Virus record (IMG/VR): IMGVR_UViG_3300021255_002694
Length of the DNA stretch: 64,000 nt
DNA from: a virus
Lineage: Duplodnaviria; Caudoviricetes
Direction: 5' to 3' (one strand)
Below are positions 10,526-21,376 of the stretch, one piece after another. The translations under genes were made by a program, and so were the position numbers. The stretch's first letter is position 1, and each line of letters begins with the position of its first letter. The notes beneath the pieces are model-generated. The model saw only the letters and a program-made list of their open reading frames with translations, was not told where the DNA came from and ran no database searches.

Positions 10526-11000
10526 AGGTAAACCTCTTTTTGGTGATACTTCTAGTGCTGATCAGAGCGTTAAATTAAACAAGGTTGTAAAAGAAGATAA
10601 ACCAAAAAGAGGTAGACCTAAAAAGACCACAACTGTAAATGAACCTAAGAGTGAAACAGTTGTAAAACCTAAACAGAAACAACAGCCTATCAAACAGATT
10701 ACAAAGAAAAGAGTACCAGATCAGACAGATAAAAATGGTAAGTGGAGAGATTTCAATACATCTAAACCGGAATGCATGAAACCATGTGAGTTCTATGTCG
10801 ATACTGGAAAAGATAAAATTGATATCTTTTACGGGTATGTTGAAAGAGCCGGAGTAACAGTTACAGATGAACCGTATAAGATGCGAGTATTGCGTAAGAA
10901 ATATGGCAATCTTCAATACAGGGAAGTTAAAGGTTGTCAATCTGTAAATGACTGTCCGAATGGTTTTCCGCACTGTGATAAATGTAAGAAGAAGAATTGA
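10506..11000 (+). CDS. Basic protein with AT-hook-like KRGRPK motif and C-terminal Cys cluster
   Basis: KPKRGRPKK; C…C…HC..C. Confidence 0.6.
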   Translation: MKKNLNKGKPLFGDTSSADQSVKLNKVVKEDKPKRGRPKKTTTVNEPKSETVVKPKQKQQPIKQITKKRVPDQTDKNGKWRDFNTSKPECMKPCEFYVDTGKDKIDIFYGYVERAGVTVTDEPYKMRVLRKKYGNLQYREVKGCQSVNDCPNGFPHCDKCKKKN

Positions 11001-11023
11001 TGCAACTGAAAGAGGTTTTGCAA

Positions 11024-11575
11024 ATGGATAAAAAGATAAAAGATATGAGAAACGGGATATTATCTCTCCAAACGAGGCGTTTCGGAAACATGATGGAGAT
11101 AATTATAAGAGAACTGTACGGGCTTGAAGAGTGTAATGGATCATCTTGCAACTTGTATGATAGTAATAAAGGATATAAGATTGCCCTCGCTTTTTCAAGA
11201 GCATTACTTTTTGCAGAAGGAAACTTAAAAGTGAATCCGCTTGAAGCGTGTATATGCTCCACAATACACAAAAGGTCTATAAAATCGACTGATACTGGGA
11301 AGAAATATAACTGTGTATTTCAGCAACTAAAGCTGAAAAATTTTGACTACTTGTACTACGGTATATTGTTTAAGGATAAGGTTTTGATTTTCAAAGCACC
11401 GAGTTCAGACATACCACACATGCCATGCTTTTCAAACTTTCAGCACAGAGACAATAAAAATGAGTCTCAGTTTCACTTAGATCAAACATCTATTTTGTGG
11501 CATGTTGACAGATACTTAGATAGAGAACTGACCTATGAGGAAATATATGATCTTCTGAGTAAGCTGGGAAAGTGA
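11024..11575 (+). CDS. Restriction-endonuclease-like protein, apparently lacking PD-(D/E)xK catalytic residues
   Basis: TRRFG, QQ.K…FDYLYYG.LF.D, QH..N..E.QFH motifs recalled from an REase-like family; expected DL..D…IEVKFS reads NLYD…IALAFS. Confidence 0.5.
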   Translation: MDKKIKDMRNGILSLQTRRFGNMMEIIIRELYGLEECNGSSCNLYDSNKGYKIALAFSRALLFAEGNLKVNPLEACICSTIHKRSIKSTDTGKKYNCVFQQLKLKNFDYLYYGILFKDKVLIFKAPSSDIPHMPCFSNFQHRDNKNESQFHLDQTSILWHVDRYLDRELTYEEIYDLLSKLGK

Positions 11576-11897
11576 TTTTATGACAAAAGCATATTGGGGG
11601 AAGTTTTTAACACATGAATTTTGATATCAGTCTTAAAATGTGGAAAGTGATATTTAATCAATCCGGATATTGTATAGGTGCATTTGAATTTGATCTAGTT
11701 GATGATAACACTAAATTTGATGTTATTTACCAATCAGATAATAATTGTACCGCAGTAAACATTATTGCTGTAAACGAAACGATTGCAATGAATATGGCTA
11801 ATCACATTTATTATGGTGTCACAAGACATTCAGCATAATGCACAAAATTTACTTGTTTTATTTGTGAGCATTTTTCAGATATTTTTCTGAAAAATGC

Positions 11898-11926
11898 TTG
11901 ACTTTTATCTTGAAATATGTTATACT
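11898..11926 (+). promoter_or_regulatory. Consensus sigma-A early promoter with upstream inverted repeat
   Basis: TTGACT-17-TATACT; CATTTTTCAGA / TCTGAAAAATG inverted repeat immediately upstream. Confidence 0.88.
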
Positions 11927-11973
11927 ATATTTACAAGGTTAAGGAAAACAAAAGCGATAGTGAGGTACATATT

Positions 11974-13351
11974 ATGAGAATTTATGTTGTTACTGAGATG
12001 ATTGATCTTAAAGTTAAAAGAATCACTGGTGCGACTGCTGATCGTGAGAGGGCTTTAGGAATGGCTTGTGCAGTTATGAAAGATCGTCTTAGAAATCATC
12101 TTGACATAACCGATCTCAATAAGTATTTGGCAAAGGAAAATGAAGAACTTGATCACTATACACAGTGTGGTATTAACTGCATTGATACGTATAACACAGT
12201 TCAAATTACTGTATTCGATGATTGAAAGTGAGGAATGTAAAATGAAAGATATCAAAGATATGAACTATAAGGAATTCTCTACTACATATAAGAAAACTCT
12301 GCGTAGATATCCAGGTATGGAGTGTACTTTTAATACGGATACTAAATATGAACTCACTCAGGTTCAATATGAGAAGATAGATGGATCAAATAAGTGGATT
12401 GAAGTTGATAGAAAAAATAAGATCATTACAGGTCAGAATTATATGAATATTATTGATGCCATTGATTTCTTCCGTGATCTCGGTGGAAGAGAAACAGTTT
12501 CTATGGGATATACCTCTGTAGGCTATATTCCTGTTAAACTGAAAAGCATCAATCCTGATATTACTGTTAAGGTTGTAAGAACTTTTAATCCTGTTGACAA
12601 GTGATCTGAAAGTGAGGTAAAACTATGAAAGAACTGAAATATGTCATCACAACTGAGTTCGGTAATTCCAGAGACTTCTTCATGATCTGGGACGGTAACT
12701 ATACATTTGATGATCCGCTCGGCATGACATGGACTAGCTTTAATGTCTTTGCAAAGTGCCAGAGACAGATCATGGTATCTGATAGACTCGGTACACTTAC
12801 GCTGTTTAATACAGCGGAAGATGCCAAGAGACTCGCAGATGAGTGTGGTCTTAAAGACTACACAATTCGTCAAATTCTGTTTGATACAGATATTGACGGA
12901 GATACTCGTCTTTTAGCACAGCATAAGGCATTTTACGGTGCTGACACATCTGTTACTGTTGAAACCTACACAAATAACAGATATGCAGAACCAGGCATTT
13001 CTGATGCCGCTATGAAACAGCTTGCTGAAATCTTCGGATAACGGCAACATGAGAAAGTGAGGAAATGATATGAAATACACTAAAGATGAAATTAAAAAGA
13101 TGGTAACAAGATATGTGGCGCTCCGTAAGCGTCAGAACGAGATCGAGACAGAGATGAAACTTATCAAGAGTGCGCTCATTGAATGTCTGGAAGAATTGCC
13201 GGATAAGAAGATGGAAGTTGGAAAGAGAGTTGTATCTGTTTCTGACTGCTCGAAGAAAACCATCTCCTTTGCAAACCTCTACAAAAAGCATCCGAAGATT
13301 GCAGAGATGTTTGCAAGCGTGAGCGAATATAAGCAGCTCAATGTTAAATAA
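11974..13351 (+). other. Four-gene early cassette (11974..12225, 12242..12604, 12625..13041, 13070..13351), all hypothetical
   Basis: Bounded by a promoter and a terminator; SD AGTGAGG before each gene. Confidence 0.75.
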
Positions 13352-13356
13352 ATGTA

Positions 13357-13395
13357 AAATCTGCTGTTCAGATAGTAAGTCTGAACAGCAGATTT
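13357..13395 (+). terminator. 16-bp stem-loop, probable terminator
   Basis: AAATCTGCTGTTCAGA / TCTGAACAGCAGATTT. Confidence 0.8.
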
Positions 13396-13430
13396 GCTAT
13401 ACTTATAATAAAAAAAACATTAAAAACCTA

Positions 13431-13459
13431 TTGACAAAATCATCTTATTATGATATACT
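13431..13459 (+). promoter_or_regulatory. Consensus sigma-A early promoter
   Basis: TTGACA-17-TATACT with TG. Confidence 0.9.
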
Positions 13460-13485
13460 ATATATATAAGAAAGGTGTGATCAAT

Positions 13486-14010
13486 ATGAAATTCTATCAT
13501 TATAGACTTGTTCCATATCTACCAGAAACACAGTTCCGCGAACAGATTAAGAATATTCTGCTGTGCATGGAACAGTATGTAGAGGGAATTGATAAAAAGA
13601 GAAACGGTCCTAAAGAACCACAGTACAGAAAGGTTCTCGAAGATATAAACAGCTTTTATCGTTATTTTGTTTGGTGTGAGTTCTGGTTGGAAAAACGAAT
13701 CAAGAACTGTAAAGTTTCATCTGTCAAGACATATCTAAAAGAAACATCTGAAACAACTAAAAACGCTGTTATTGATTTTTGCCAAAGTTTTGATGATTTT
13801 GACAACACTCTTATTTCAGGTCTTTCTGCGATTACAAGAACTGATCCAATTTACGGCGATCTTATGAATAAAGATTATCTTAGAATCTGTATGGCAGAGT
13901 TTTATTACAAATATATCTTTAGATCACCGAATAGTAAATTCACAGATTTTGATTGGAAATATCTGTGTACAGGATATAAGGAAATAACTGGTGAAGAATA
14001 TGCTATTTGA
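13486..14010 (+). CDS. Pyrimidine-dimer glycosylase/DenV-like family homolog, degenerate active site
   Basis: MKFYHYRLVPYLPETQFREQIKN resembles MRLWH..LIPYLP..QL..QWRE; C-terminal YLRIC…KY. Confidence 0.55.
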   Translation: MKFYHYRLVPYLPETQFREQIKNILLCMEQYVEGIDKKRNGPKEPQYRKVLEDINSFYRYFVWCEFWLEKRIKNCKVSSVKTYLKETSETTKNAVIDFCQSFDDFDNTLISGLSAITRTDPIYGDLMNKDYLRICMAEFYYKYIFRSPNSKFTDFDWKYLCTGYKEITGEEYAI

Positions 14011-15065
14011 CGATTTCAATTTCATGCGAGATCAATTTGCACAAATGTTTGTAGATGATTTATCAAGACATGGTGATGTGCAAACATCTCTCGAACACGC
14101 ACTACAACACATTGCAAAAAAGTACAAAAAGTGGATTTTACCACAATTTATTAAGATTGGAAATTCCGAAAGTAATCTTTTAGATATTAAAATTTTCGGT
14201 TGGGACAGAAATTATAACGGTGAGTACATTCAGGAAGATGAAGTGAAGTATTTATTATATGATTTCATTGACATTCATCCTTATGGAGATAACAGTATAG
14301 ATTCAATCTGTAATCGAATTACAGATAAATTTGACAGATACATGAAATCATCTTATACTATGGACCATGTTGAAGATGAAAATTCAACACCAAATGTATC
14401 TGCGCATAACTGTCCTAACTGCGGCGCATTTCTTAGAAAAGGCGTACATAAGTGTGAATACTGCCAGACTGAGTTCTGGTAAATAATAATAAAAAAAACA
14501 AGGAGTTATATTCAAATGAGCGATTTCAAAAATGGTGATATTGTTTCTTATCCAGTAAACGAGGGAACAAAATCAGAGAGACTTACACTTGGAAGATTGT
14601 CTGGAACAGGCTCTAATTTTTGGATTACTGGACCTGAAATTTCATCTGTTGTAAATGATCTATCCAAATGCACACTTATTGCGCATAAAAGCAAAAGAGT
14701 AGACAAAATCTACAAAAGATTTGAGGAACAGATGGATAAAGTAAGCATCGAAGAGAGTGGATTTGATGTGTATGAGAGTGTAGCATCACTTGCATATGAA
14801 CGATACACAAGAAAAATGTGTGATCTTGACGAGTGAGGTAATTCACATGGATGAAGATTTTATTCTTTCTAAGGAAAAACAGTCTTTTTCAGGTGGAACA
14901 ACTGAATGTCCTGTTTGCGGAAAAACATTTTATGTTCCATCCGGAACAAGAAAAGAATATGTCTACAAAAAAGTAAATAGACAAGGCATAGTAAGATTTA
15001 CATGTAGTAATAAGTGTTACACAAAATTATGTGATTATATTTCAAGTCACAGGTGGTCAAGATGA
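13991..15065 (+). other. Three hypothetical genes, two with zinc ribbons (13991..14482, 14516..14836, ~14847..15065)
   Basis: CPNCG…CEYC; CPVCGK…CSNKC. Confidence 0.65.
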
Positions 15066-15228
15066 TTTCCTTTGTAATTTCAATGGTTATCATGTTCAGA
15101 GAAGATTATTTTATTGAAAAGTATGGATTTGACTATTTACGTTCAATACAGCTTGTTTTAGGATTACTTGAAGTTATCGAACTTTTTGTTGAATCTTTGT
15201 TCTTTATTGGTTTATCGAGGTTATTAAA

Positions 15229-16227
15229 ATGACGATAAAAGACATGATTAAATTTAAGGCAATATCAAAATACGGTAAATTTGTTTCCGGTTATCATGTT
15301 GTCCAACATGGAAAACACTATATTGTAGATAATTCAGGAAACTACACCGAAGTAAATGAAAATACTCTGTGTCTATTTACAGGATATAAAGACAGCAATG
15401 GTGTTGATCTGTATACAGACGATATTATTGAATATACAAGCACTAGAAGTGATCGGAAGATGATTGCGTGGATTGATTTCAATTCAGGTGCTATTGCTGT
15501 ATCAGATGTTGATTATACACTTGTATATGATTTCTTCAACTCTCCGTTTGTGAAAGACATTCATTTTATTGGCAATGTCAATATTGGTGATTCCATGCGT
15601 GTAATGGATGAGTACGAAAATGATTATTACGAAAGTTGTGCTGAGGACCCGATTGATGTAGATATTTGCATTGATAAAATTTCTAAAGCATGGAATAATT
15701 TTCAATGTATCATTTCATGTCATGACATAAACAATCCAGAGACTCTTACCGCCGATGATTTGGACACGGATGAGTATAGTAAATCTTTGTTTAGTTGTGC
15801 TAAGAATCTTAATATTAAAAAATATACTCCTGAAATTGATACGCATATCATTTCAAGTAAAATTGATGAATCATTTGATATTGATGATATTTGTTGTGAT
15901 CCGTATACACCATTTCACGAACAAATAGATTTTATTATCAAACATGAAAGTGATATAATTGATAAAATTTTTATTGATGAATTCAGAGCAAACGGCTATG
16001 ATACACCAGAAAAGATCAGGATTTTATTTGATACACATTTCTATAAACTTGGTGATATGTTGAAAAACATAAAGCAAACTATAAGCGAATATCATGAAGC
16101 CGGAATTTTGAACTACTTGATTTATGATGTTTACGCACCACCAACAGAACCAAGTAAGTTATCAGATGAAGTAATTGAACGCATAAAAGATAGGATGGAA
16201 TTTCTATATGGAACAGATGCCGAATGA
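15229..16227 (+). CDS. YopX-family N-terminal domain fused to an unknown domain
   Basis: IKFKA…TLCLFTGYKDSNGVDLYTDDII…IGNV. Confidence 0.75.
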   Translation: MTIKDMIKFKAISKYGKFVSGYHVVQHGKHYIVDNSGNYTEVNENTLCLFTGYKDSNGVDLYTDDIIEYTSTRSDRKMIAWIDFNSGAIAVSDVDYTLVYDFFNSPFVKDIHFIGNVNIGDSMRVMDEYENDYYESCAEDPIDVDICIDKISKAWNNFQCIISCHDINNPETLTADDLDTDEYSKSLFSCAKNLNIKKYTPEIDTHIISSKIDESFDIDDICCDPYTPFHEQIDFIIKHESDIIDKIFIDEFRANGYDTPEKIRILFDTHFYKLGDMLKNIKQTISEYHEAGILNYLIYDVYAPPTEPSKLSDEVIERIKDRMEFLYGTDAE

Positions 16228-16485
16228 TGTGCTTGAAAATTTGATGAAAAATATAAATGATAGAGCAAAAAATTGTGAGTTCAAATTCAATGATCACTTA
16301 TCATGTGATTCAAGTTTCTATGATGCAATTAAAAATTATTTGATTTCTGCCGGAATGTTCAATCCACAGACAGATGAACTAACTATAAGTTCTCCGGCAA
16401 AAGAGCCATATCATTTCGATGTAAAGATAGTTAAACAGATTTATGAATTTGATCTTACGATTGAACCGCCACAGGGGGGATAAAA

Positions 16486-16896
16486 ATGAGTAATTATACA
16501 AGACTTGCAAAGAGACATGGATTTGATCATGAGTATGAATATAAAAACTATGTAAAGGCGAAGTGCAAAGGTAAGCTAGGAGAGTTTTACCTTAATAGAT
16601 GCGGTAGAAGTCTTGTTAAAGCAAATGAACATTTTGATAGTGTTATTAGAGGTCTACAAGAAGCATGTATTGACGATCTAAGAAAAGCGCTTTTCAACTG
16701 CGTTCCAGTACCCCGTGAATACATAGACAGAGAATACCTCATACATGCTGATCTAGCACAAAAACCAGATGTTGTTGTACCACCTATAGAGATAATTCCA
16801 TACGGAATACACACTCACCCTGGAAAGTCTTGGATTTGGTTGAAAGAGTTGATTGCAGAGAAAATAGCCGAAGCTGAAAATGAATTAAGCGAATGA
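16486..16896 (+). CDS. Hypothetical protein (AKxHGFDH family)
   Basis: N-terminal LAKRHGFDHEY shared with 17414 and 17651. Confidence 0.65.
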   Translation: MSNYTRLAKRHGFDHEYEYKNYVKAKCKGKLGEFYLNRCGRSLVKANEHFDSVIRGLQEACIDDLRKALFNCVPVPREYIDREYLIHADLAQKPDVVVPPIEIIPYGIHTHPGKSWIWLKELIAEKIAEAENELSE

Positions 16897-16904
16897 GGTT
16901 TATT

Positions 16905-17426
16905 ATGCGTAATGTTTTCCACGTTTCTCTGGACGCATATCTTAATGGCGTTACTTTTAATCCAAGAGTTCCGGAAGATGCATCAAATGCAGCAAGAGAT
17001 TACTTTGATAGTGATACTGGAACTTTTGAAAATACAAAAGCAGAGCGAGTTTGTTTTTCAAAAACAATCAATGGTGCATTAAATGCACTATCATGTGTAC
17101 TATCAAGAAATAACCCGGTTCTTATGTTTGATCGAGTTTATGTTTATATTCCAGAAAAAGATTTCAGATCGTATAAGCATAAGACAAATCGTAAAATCAT
17201 AAGAGACAAAGATGTGTTTGATGCAAATGTAACAGGAGAAGTGTGGATTACTGAGCCTGTAAAACTAAAACTGTATGCCGTGATCAATGTTGACGGAATT
17301 AAATATGTTAAAAACAAGAAATGTGTTTCTGATCGTTTTGGATATAGACATAAACGAAAGTATTTTAACTATAAATTCCATTATATTTTATCACCGAAAG
17401 TTGTTAAGAGAGGGTGTTCGGATTGA
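16905..17426 (+). CDS. Putative ADP-ribosyltransferase-fold protein
   Basis: FHVS…PRVP…RVCFS.TI.GAL.A…DA.VTGEVW, an H-S-E spaced ART-like pattern. Confidence 0.45.
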   Translation: MRNVFHVSLDAYLNGVTFNPRVPEDASNAARDYFDSDTGTFENTKAERVCFSKTINGALNALSCVLSRNNPVLMFDRVYVYIPEKDFRSYKHKTNRKIIRDKDVFDANVTGEVWITEPVKLKLYAVINVDGIKYVKNKKCVSDRFGYRHKRKYFNYKFHYILSPKVVKRGCSD

Positions 17427-17644
17427 ATTACAGGAAAAGGAAGAAACTTAGTCGCATTGCTAAGTCACATGGGTTCGATCATTATTATATGTGGAAACGG
17501 TATGTAAAGCTGTCATGTGTACTGCAACCAAAAATTAAAGAGTTCTGCCCAAACTCAACGATAAATGTTCCGAAATCATTTTGGAATTGCTTTTGGATTT
17601 GTAAGGGCAGACCAAATCACATGATTGGCGGACAGAGTTCATAA
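17414..17644 (+). CDS. Small basic protein, tandem paralog of 17651..17893
   Basis: MFGLNYRKRKKLSRIAKSHGFDHYY vs MLGLNWKKRKKLNQIAKSHGYDHYY. Confidence 0.75.
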   Translation: MFGLNYRKRKKLSRIAKSHGFDHYYMWKRYVKLSCVLQPKIKEFCPNSTINVPKSFWNCFWICKGRPNHMIGGQSS

Positions 17645-17650
17645 GAAAGG

Positions 17651-17893
17651 GTGCTTGGATTGAACTGGAAGAAAAGAAAGAAACTTAACCAGATTGCTAA
17701 ATCACATGGATATGACCATTACTATCTATATGAACAACACATGAAATTTTCATGCAAGGTGAAACCAAAGTTAGAAAAGTTTTTTGCCACAAGAAAACTG
17801 GACACGCCGTACTATTTTCTATATAGCAGTGTTAAAATGAGACATTTTTGTGACTTAGATTTGCACAAACCGAATAACATGATCTGTTGGTGA
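17651..17893 (+). CDS. Small basic protein, tandem paralog
   Basis: See 17414. Confidence 0.75.
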   Translation: MLGLNWKKRKKLNQIAKSHGYDHYYLYEQHMKFSCKVKPKLEKFFATRKLDTPYYFLYSSVKMRHFCDLDLHKPNNMICW

Positions 17894-18196
17894 TAACTAT
17901 GAATAAACGAAAGAAAAAGAAGATTATCAATAGGAACGGATTTCGTAAATATAGCAATTACAAGCTATATAAAGCTATTGATGAATTTTGCATTGATAAG
18001 TACGGAAAAGACGTTTATGATAGATTTAGAGTAACAAATGAAACAAAAGGATACAAAAGAAATATGATATTTGTAAAATATAAAAAGAAAATTGATTACA
18101 AACATATTTCCGATGTAAGCTGCTTTTTCGATGTTATTCCATATGGTCCTAGTCCATTTCAAAATAAACCAGAAGAGTTCATACATACTGTAAAAA

Positions 18197-18838
18197 ATGG
18201 TGGTGAAAATAGTGGATTACCGAACAATAGTTGATCAGAGATTCAAAGAGTATCGTGTAGAAAACAAGACAAGAGTAGATCACCTGTCCAAAATTAAAAA
18301 TGATTTTGGTGATGCTGTTTTTAAGTTTACGGTCTATAAATTCAGCATTAAAGTACCAGCATCAAAAGATATTGACTCGTCTTATAATACTACAATGAAG
18401 CTATGTGAGATAATTGATAAGATGGGGCATTATAAATACGATACAGAAGATATAACAGGGGTTCGTTTGCCATACCCATCTAAAAAGCGAATTATTTGTT
18501 CGATTAGATTTAATGTTAGTTCATTTACAAGCGTTGTTGTAACTGCATATGAGGGTAATCTTTTTCATATCTATTTTCAAACAGAGAGCCTCGATGTTCA
18601 TAATAAAACCACAGAATTTTACTTCTATAAGAATTTCATATCCATATTAGATAAAGATGTTAAAACTGCTAAACTCTCCGATATAGGATATGATAGTGAG
18701 GAATGCAGAGATATGTGTGAAGATGTATATGCCATGTATGTATATTTATTCGGGCAAGTTTACAGAACAATCAATAACTGTACATTTGAATGCTCTGAAT
18801 ACAATGCCTTTAAGAAATATATAACGGTTGATCCGTGA
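18197..18838 (+). CDS. Hypothetical protein, tandem paralog of 18851..19522
   Basis: IKxDFGDAV, YYKN…V.TA.L.D, YLxGxxY shared. Confidence 0.75.
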   Translation: MVVKIVDYRTIVDQRFKEYRVENKTRVDHLSKIKNDFGDAVFKFTVYKFSIKVPASKDIDSSYNTTMKLCEIIDKMGHYKYDTEDITGVRLPYPSKKRIICSIRFNVSSFTSVVVTAYEGNLFHIYFQTESLDVHNKTTEFYFYKNFISILDKDVKTAKLSDIGYDSEECRDMCEDVYAMYVYLFGQVYRTINNCTFECSEYNAFKKYITVDP

Positions 18839-18850
18839 AGGAGTAAAAAC

Positions 18851-19522
18851 ATGGAAAGACAAGTTCTTAAAAACACTATATACAGTCATATAAAAGATTT
18901 ATCAGATTTTGAGAAATCAAAAATTGATAAATACAAGACTATAAAACTTGATTTTGGTGATGCTGTATGTGATTTTGTCAAAAAGCAATTTCAGTACGAT
19001 TCAAAGAAGATGCAAAAATACGAAAATGCAATCAGACTTATGTTAGATGTCTGTGATTACGTTATGTTAGATATTTGTGATGACATTAGACTGTATGATT
19101 GGATTGATGCTACTGGCGATGTAGACATCCTAAAAAGCGAAACCGTATGCTCTCTGATGTTTACATCAACAACAGTTACAGGCGATAAAATTATTGTATC
19201 GTTGCTAAGAGACTATCGGATCGCTGTTATATTTGCTAAAATTGATCATTCACCACTCGGTTTTAAAACTAAGATCATGAGAGCATTATGTCCTAGATAT
19301 ATAACATACTATTATAAGAATTATATTTTGATTGGTAATGATACTGTTGAAACAGCTAGATTAAAAGATTCTTTTACTCTTGAAGATAGATTACTTTCGA
19401 TGAATGAATTAACATACGCTAAGTTTATCTATCTTTGGGGAAAAATTTATCAGTATGTCACTAAAAAAGACTTTACTGACGAATACAAGGCATATGCAAA
19501 CCATATTGATGCAAAACCGTGA
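18851..19522 (+). CDS. Hypothetical protein, tandem paralog
   Basis: See 18197. Confidence 0.75.
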   Translation: MERQVLKNTIYSHIKDLSDFEKSKIDKYKTIKLDFGDAVCDFVKKQFQYDSKKMQKYENAIRLMLDVCDYVMLDICDDIRLYDWIDATGDVDILKSETVCSLMFTSTTVTGDKIIVSLLRDYRIAVIFAKIDHSPLGFKTKIMRALCPRYITYYYKNYILIGNDTVETARLKDSFTLEDRLLSMNELTYAKFIYLWGKIYQYVTKKDFTDEYKAYANHIDAKP

Positions 19523-19981
19523 AAGAGGTGTTACATAGTGACTGATTCAAATAAAACTTATTTTGAATTTTTGGAATTTTTAGCAGAAAGATATTCTGTT
19601 CTTCCAAGTGATACGGTATGCCTGAAAGATGTTAAAGATTTTCTGTCTGAATCTAGTACATATAATGTTAGACTGGATTCTTCAATTTCTGACATTATTC
19701 CAGATGATGTAAAAGACTTTCTTGCACATTATAAAAATACACATTATGATGCAAGAACAAGATCATTCACAGTTAAGATTCTGATGTGTGATGTGTGTGG
19801 AAATACTCACTACATTACTTTTTACATTAACGGTAGCTATACTGTTTTTGATGATCGTGGTCATGATATAACTATTCGGCAGTCTGACTGGATTCCGATG
19901 CAAATTAAATCTATTGAAGATGCTAGAGAAGTTATATTTTTCTATGAGAATCAAGGCAAATAAAAAATAAGGAGATTATAT

Positions 19982-20377
19982 ATGAAACTAAAGAAACTGA
20001 TTACTTGTTCAATCGCATGTGCATCATTACTTGCAATTACTGGATGCAGAGAGGTAACTTATGCATCCTACAATGTCTCAAAAGATGCTGATAATTTCAA
20101 GGTTTTAAGAAGAATTACTGTAATCAACACAAGAACAGATAATGTTCTATATGAATTAACTGGATTTTTCAGCCTACAAAATTCATCAACTGATGAAATT
20201 GCTGTTGTCTGTCGCGTGGATCAAGATAAGTACAAAAAGGACTTTATTTATCTGAATGAGTGGACAACGTATGTTGTTGAGGATTTAGACGGAAATGATG
20301 TTTCACCATATCACTACGAACTGTCAATCATTCCAAAGTCTATTCCTGTTGCTGTTCCTGATGTTGTTTTAGATTGA
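19982..20377 (+). CDS. Conserved phage lipoprotein
   Basis: Signal peptide with lipobox ITG-C; SYNVSKDADNFKVLRRITVINTRTD. Confidence 0.75.
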   Translation: MKLKKLITCSIACASLLAITGCREVTYASYNVSKDADNFKVLRRITVINTRTDNVLYELTGFFSLQNSSTDEIAVVCRVDQDKYKKDFIYLNEWTTYVVEDLDGNDVSPYHYELSIIPKSIPVAVPDVVLD

Positions 20378-20840
20378 GGGCTAACGCAATGAGATTTTAT
20401 AACAACCATGACGGCAAAATTTACAGAGAAATAGAAGAATATATAAATAAATTCTATCTTGACTGTAAAACATGCATAAAAGAAACTATTGTAACAATAA
20501 GATTTCCAAATGATACTGATGAAACATATTTATTTATTGATCCAGATAGATTTGATGGTTGTGGATGGTTGACTTGTGCAGATGATTATGTAGAATCAGA
20601 ATCATATGTAGATGTTGTTGGATTTGTACCAGTTGATAACATACGAGTAGTTGGAGATCAGATTGTTTGCGATTTCAAAGAGTTTTTACCGCCTGAACTT
20701 GTAGACTTTTACTGGAAATATCTAGGAATCGAGAAACCGAAAACTGTAGCAGAAGCAATAGATGAGTGCAACAAAGCACTGAAAGATAAACCAGAATTAG
20801 ATTTTTCAGTGGTAAAAATGATAAAGTAAATAACTATATA

Positions 20841-20865
20841 AGCGGTAGATTTATGATCTGCCGCT
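20841..20865 (+). terminator. Hairpin upstream of the GNAT gene
   Basis: AGCGGTAGAT / ATCTGCCGCT stem. Confidence 0.7.
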
Positions 20866-20892
20866 ATTCTTATATATATGGAGTTGATTTAT

Positions 20893-21309
20893 ATGAAACT
20901 TAGAATTATGGAATCTAATGATATCAATATTCGGAAAATCATGTTCCCGAGTGATGAAGCTAATGAATATTTAAAGCATGAGGATGAAAATGAATATCTC
21001 ACCGATATAAATAAAACTTGTATTGGAGAACTAATTGTAAACGATGATAACGGTGAGTTGATTGGAAAGGTATTTGTCTATAAGAAGAAGTATCCAGGAT
21101 TTATCTTTAATGTCGAAACTAAGCCGAAATATAGAGGAAAAGGTTTTGGAAAAATGCTTGTAGATGATGCAGTTAAAAAACTAGGCGGGTATGATCTAAC
21201 AGTAAAGAAAACAAACTATAGAGCAATTCAATTATATAGAGACTACGGGTTTGAAATTATATCTGATGGAAATGATGAATCAGAATGGTACATGAAACTG
21301 GAAAAATAA
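20893..21309 (+). CDS. GNAT acetyltransferase with MKLRIMES leader
   Basis: Motif A TKPKYRGKGFGKMLV, motif B N.RAIQLYRDYGF. Confidence 0.88.
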   Translation: MKLRIMESNDINIRKIMFPSDEANEYLKHEDENEYLTDINKTCIGELIVNDDNGELIGKVFVYKKKYPGFIFNVETKPKYRGKGFGKMLVDDAVKKLGGYDLTVKKTNYRAIQLYRDYGFEIISDGNDESEWYMKLEK

Positions 21310-21324
21310 TTTTTCAAAATCCTC

Positions 21325-21353
21325 TTGACAAATCAGAATAAATATGGTATAAT
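21325..21353 (+). promoter_or_regulatory. Consensus sigma-A early promoter
   Basis: TTGACA-17-TATAAT with TG. Confidence 0.9.
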
Positions 21354-21376
21354 ATATTCTGAAAGAGGTGACATGT

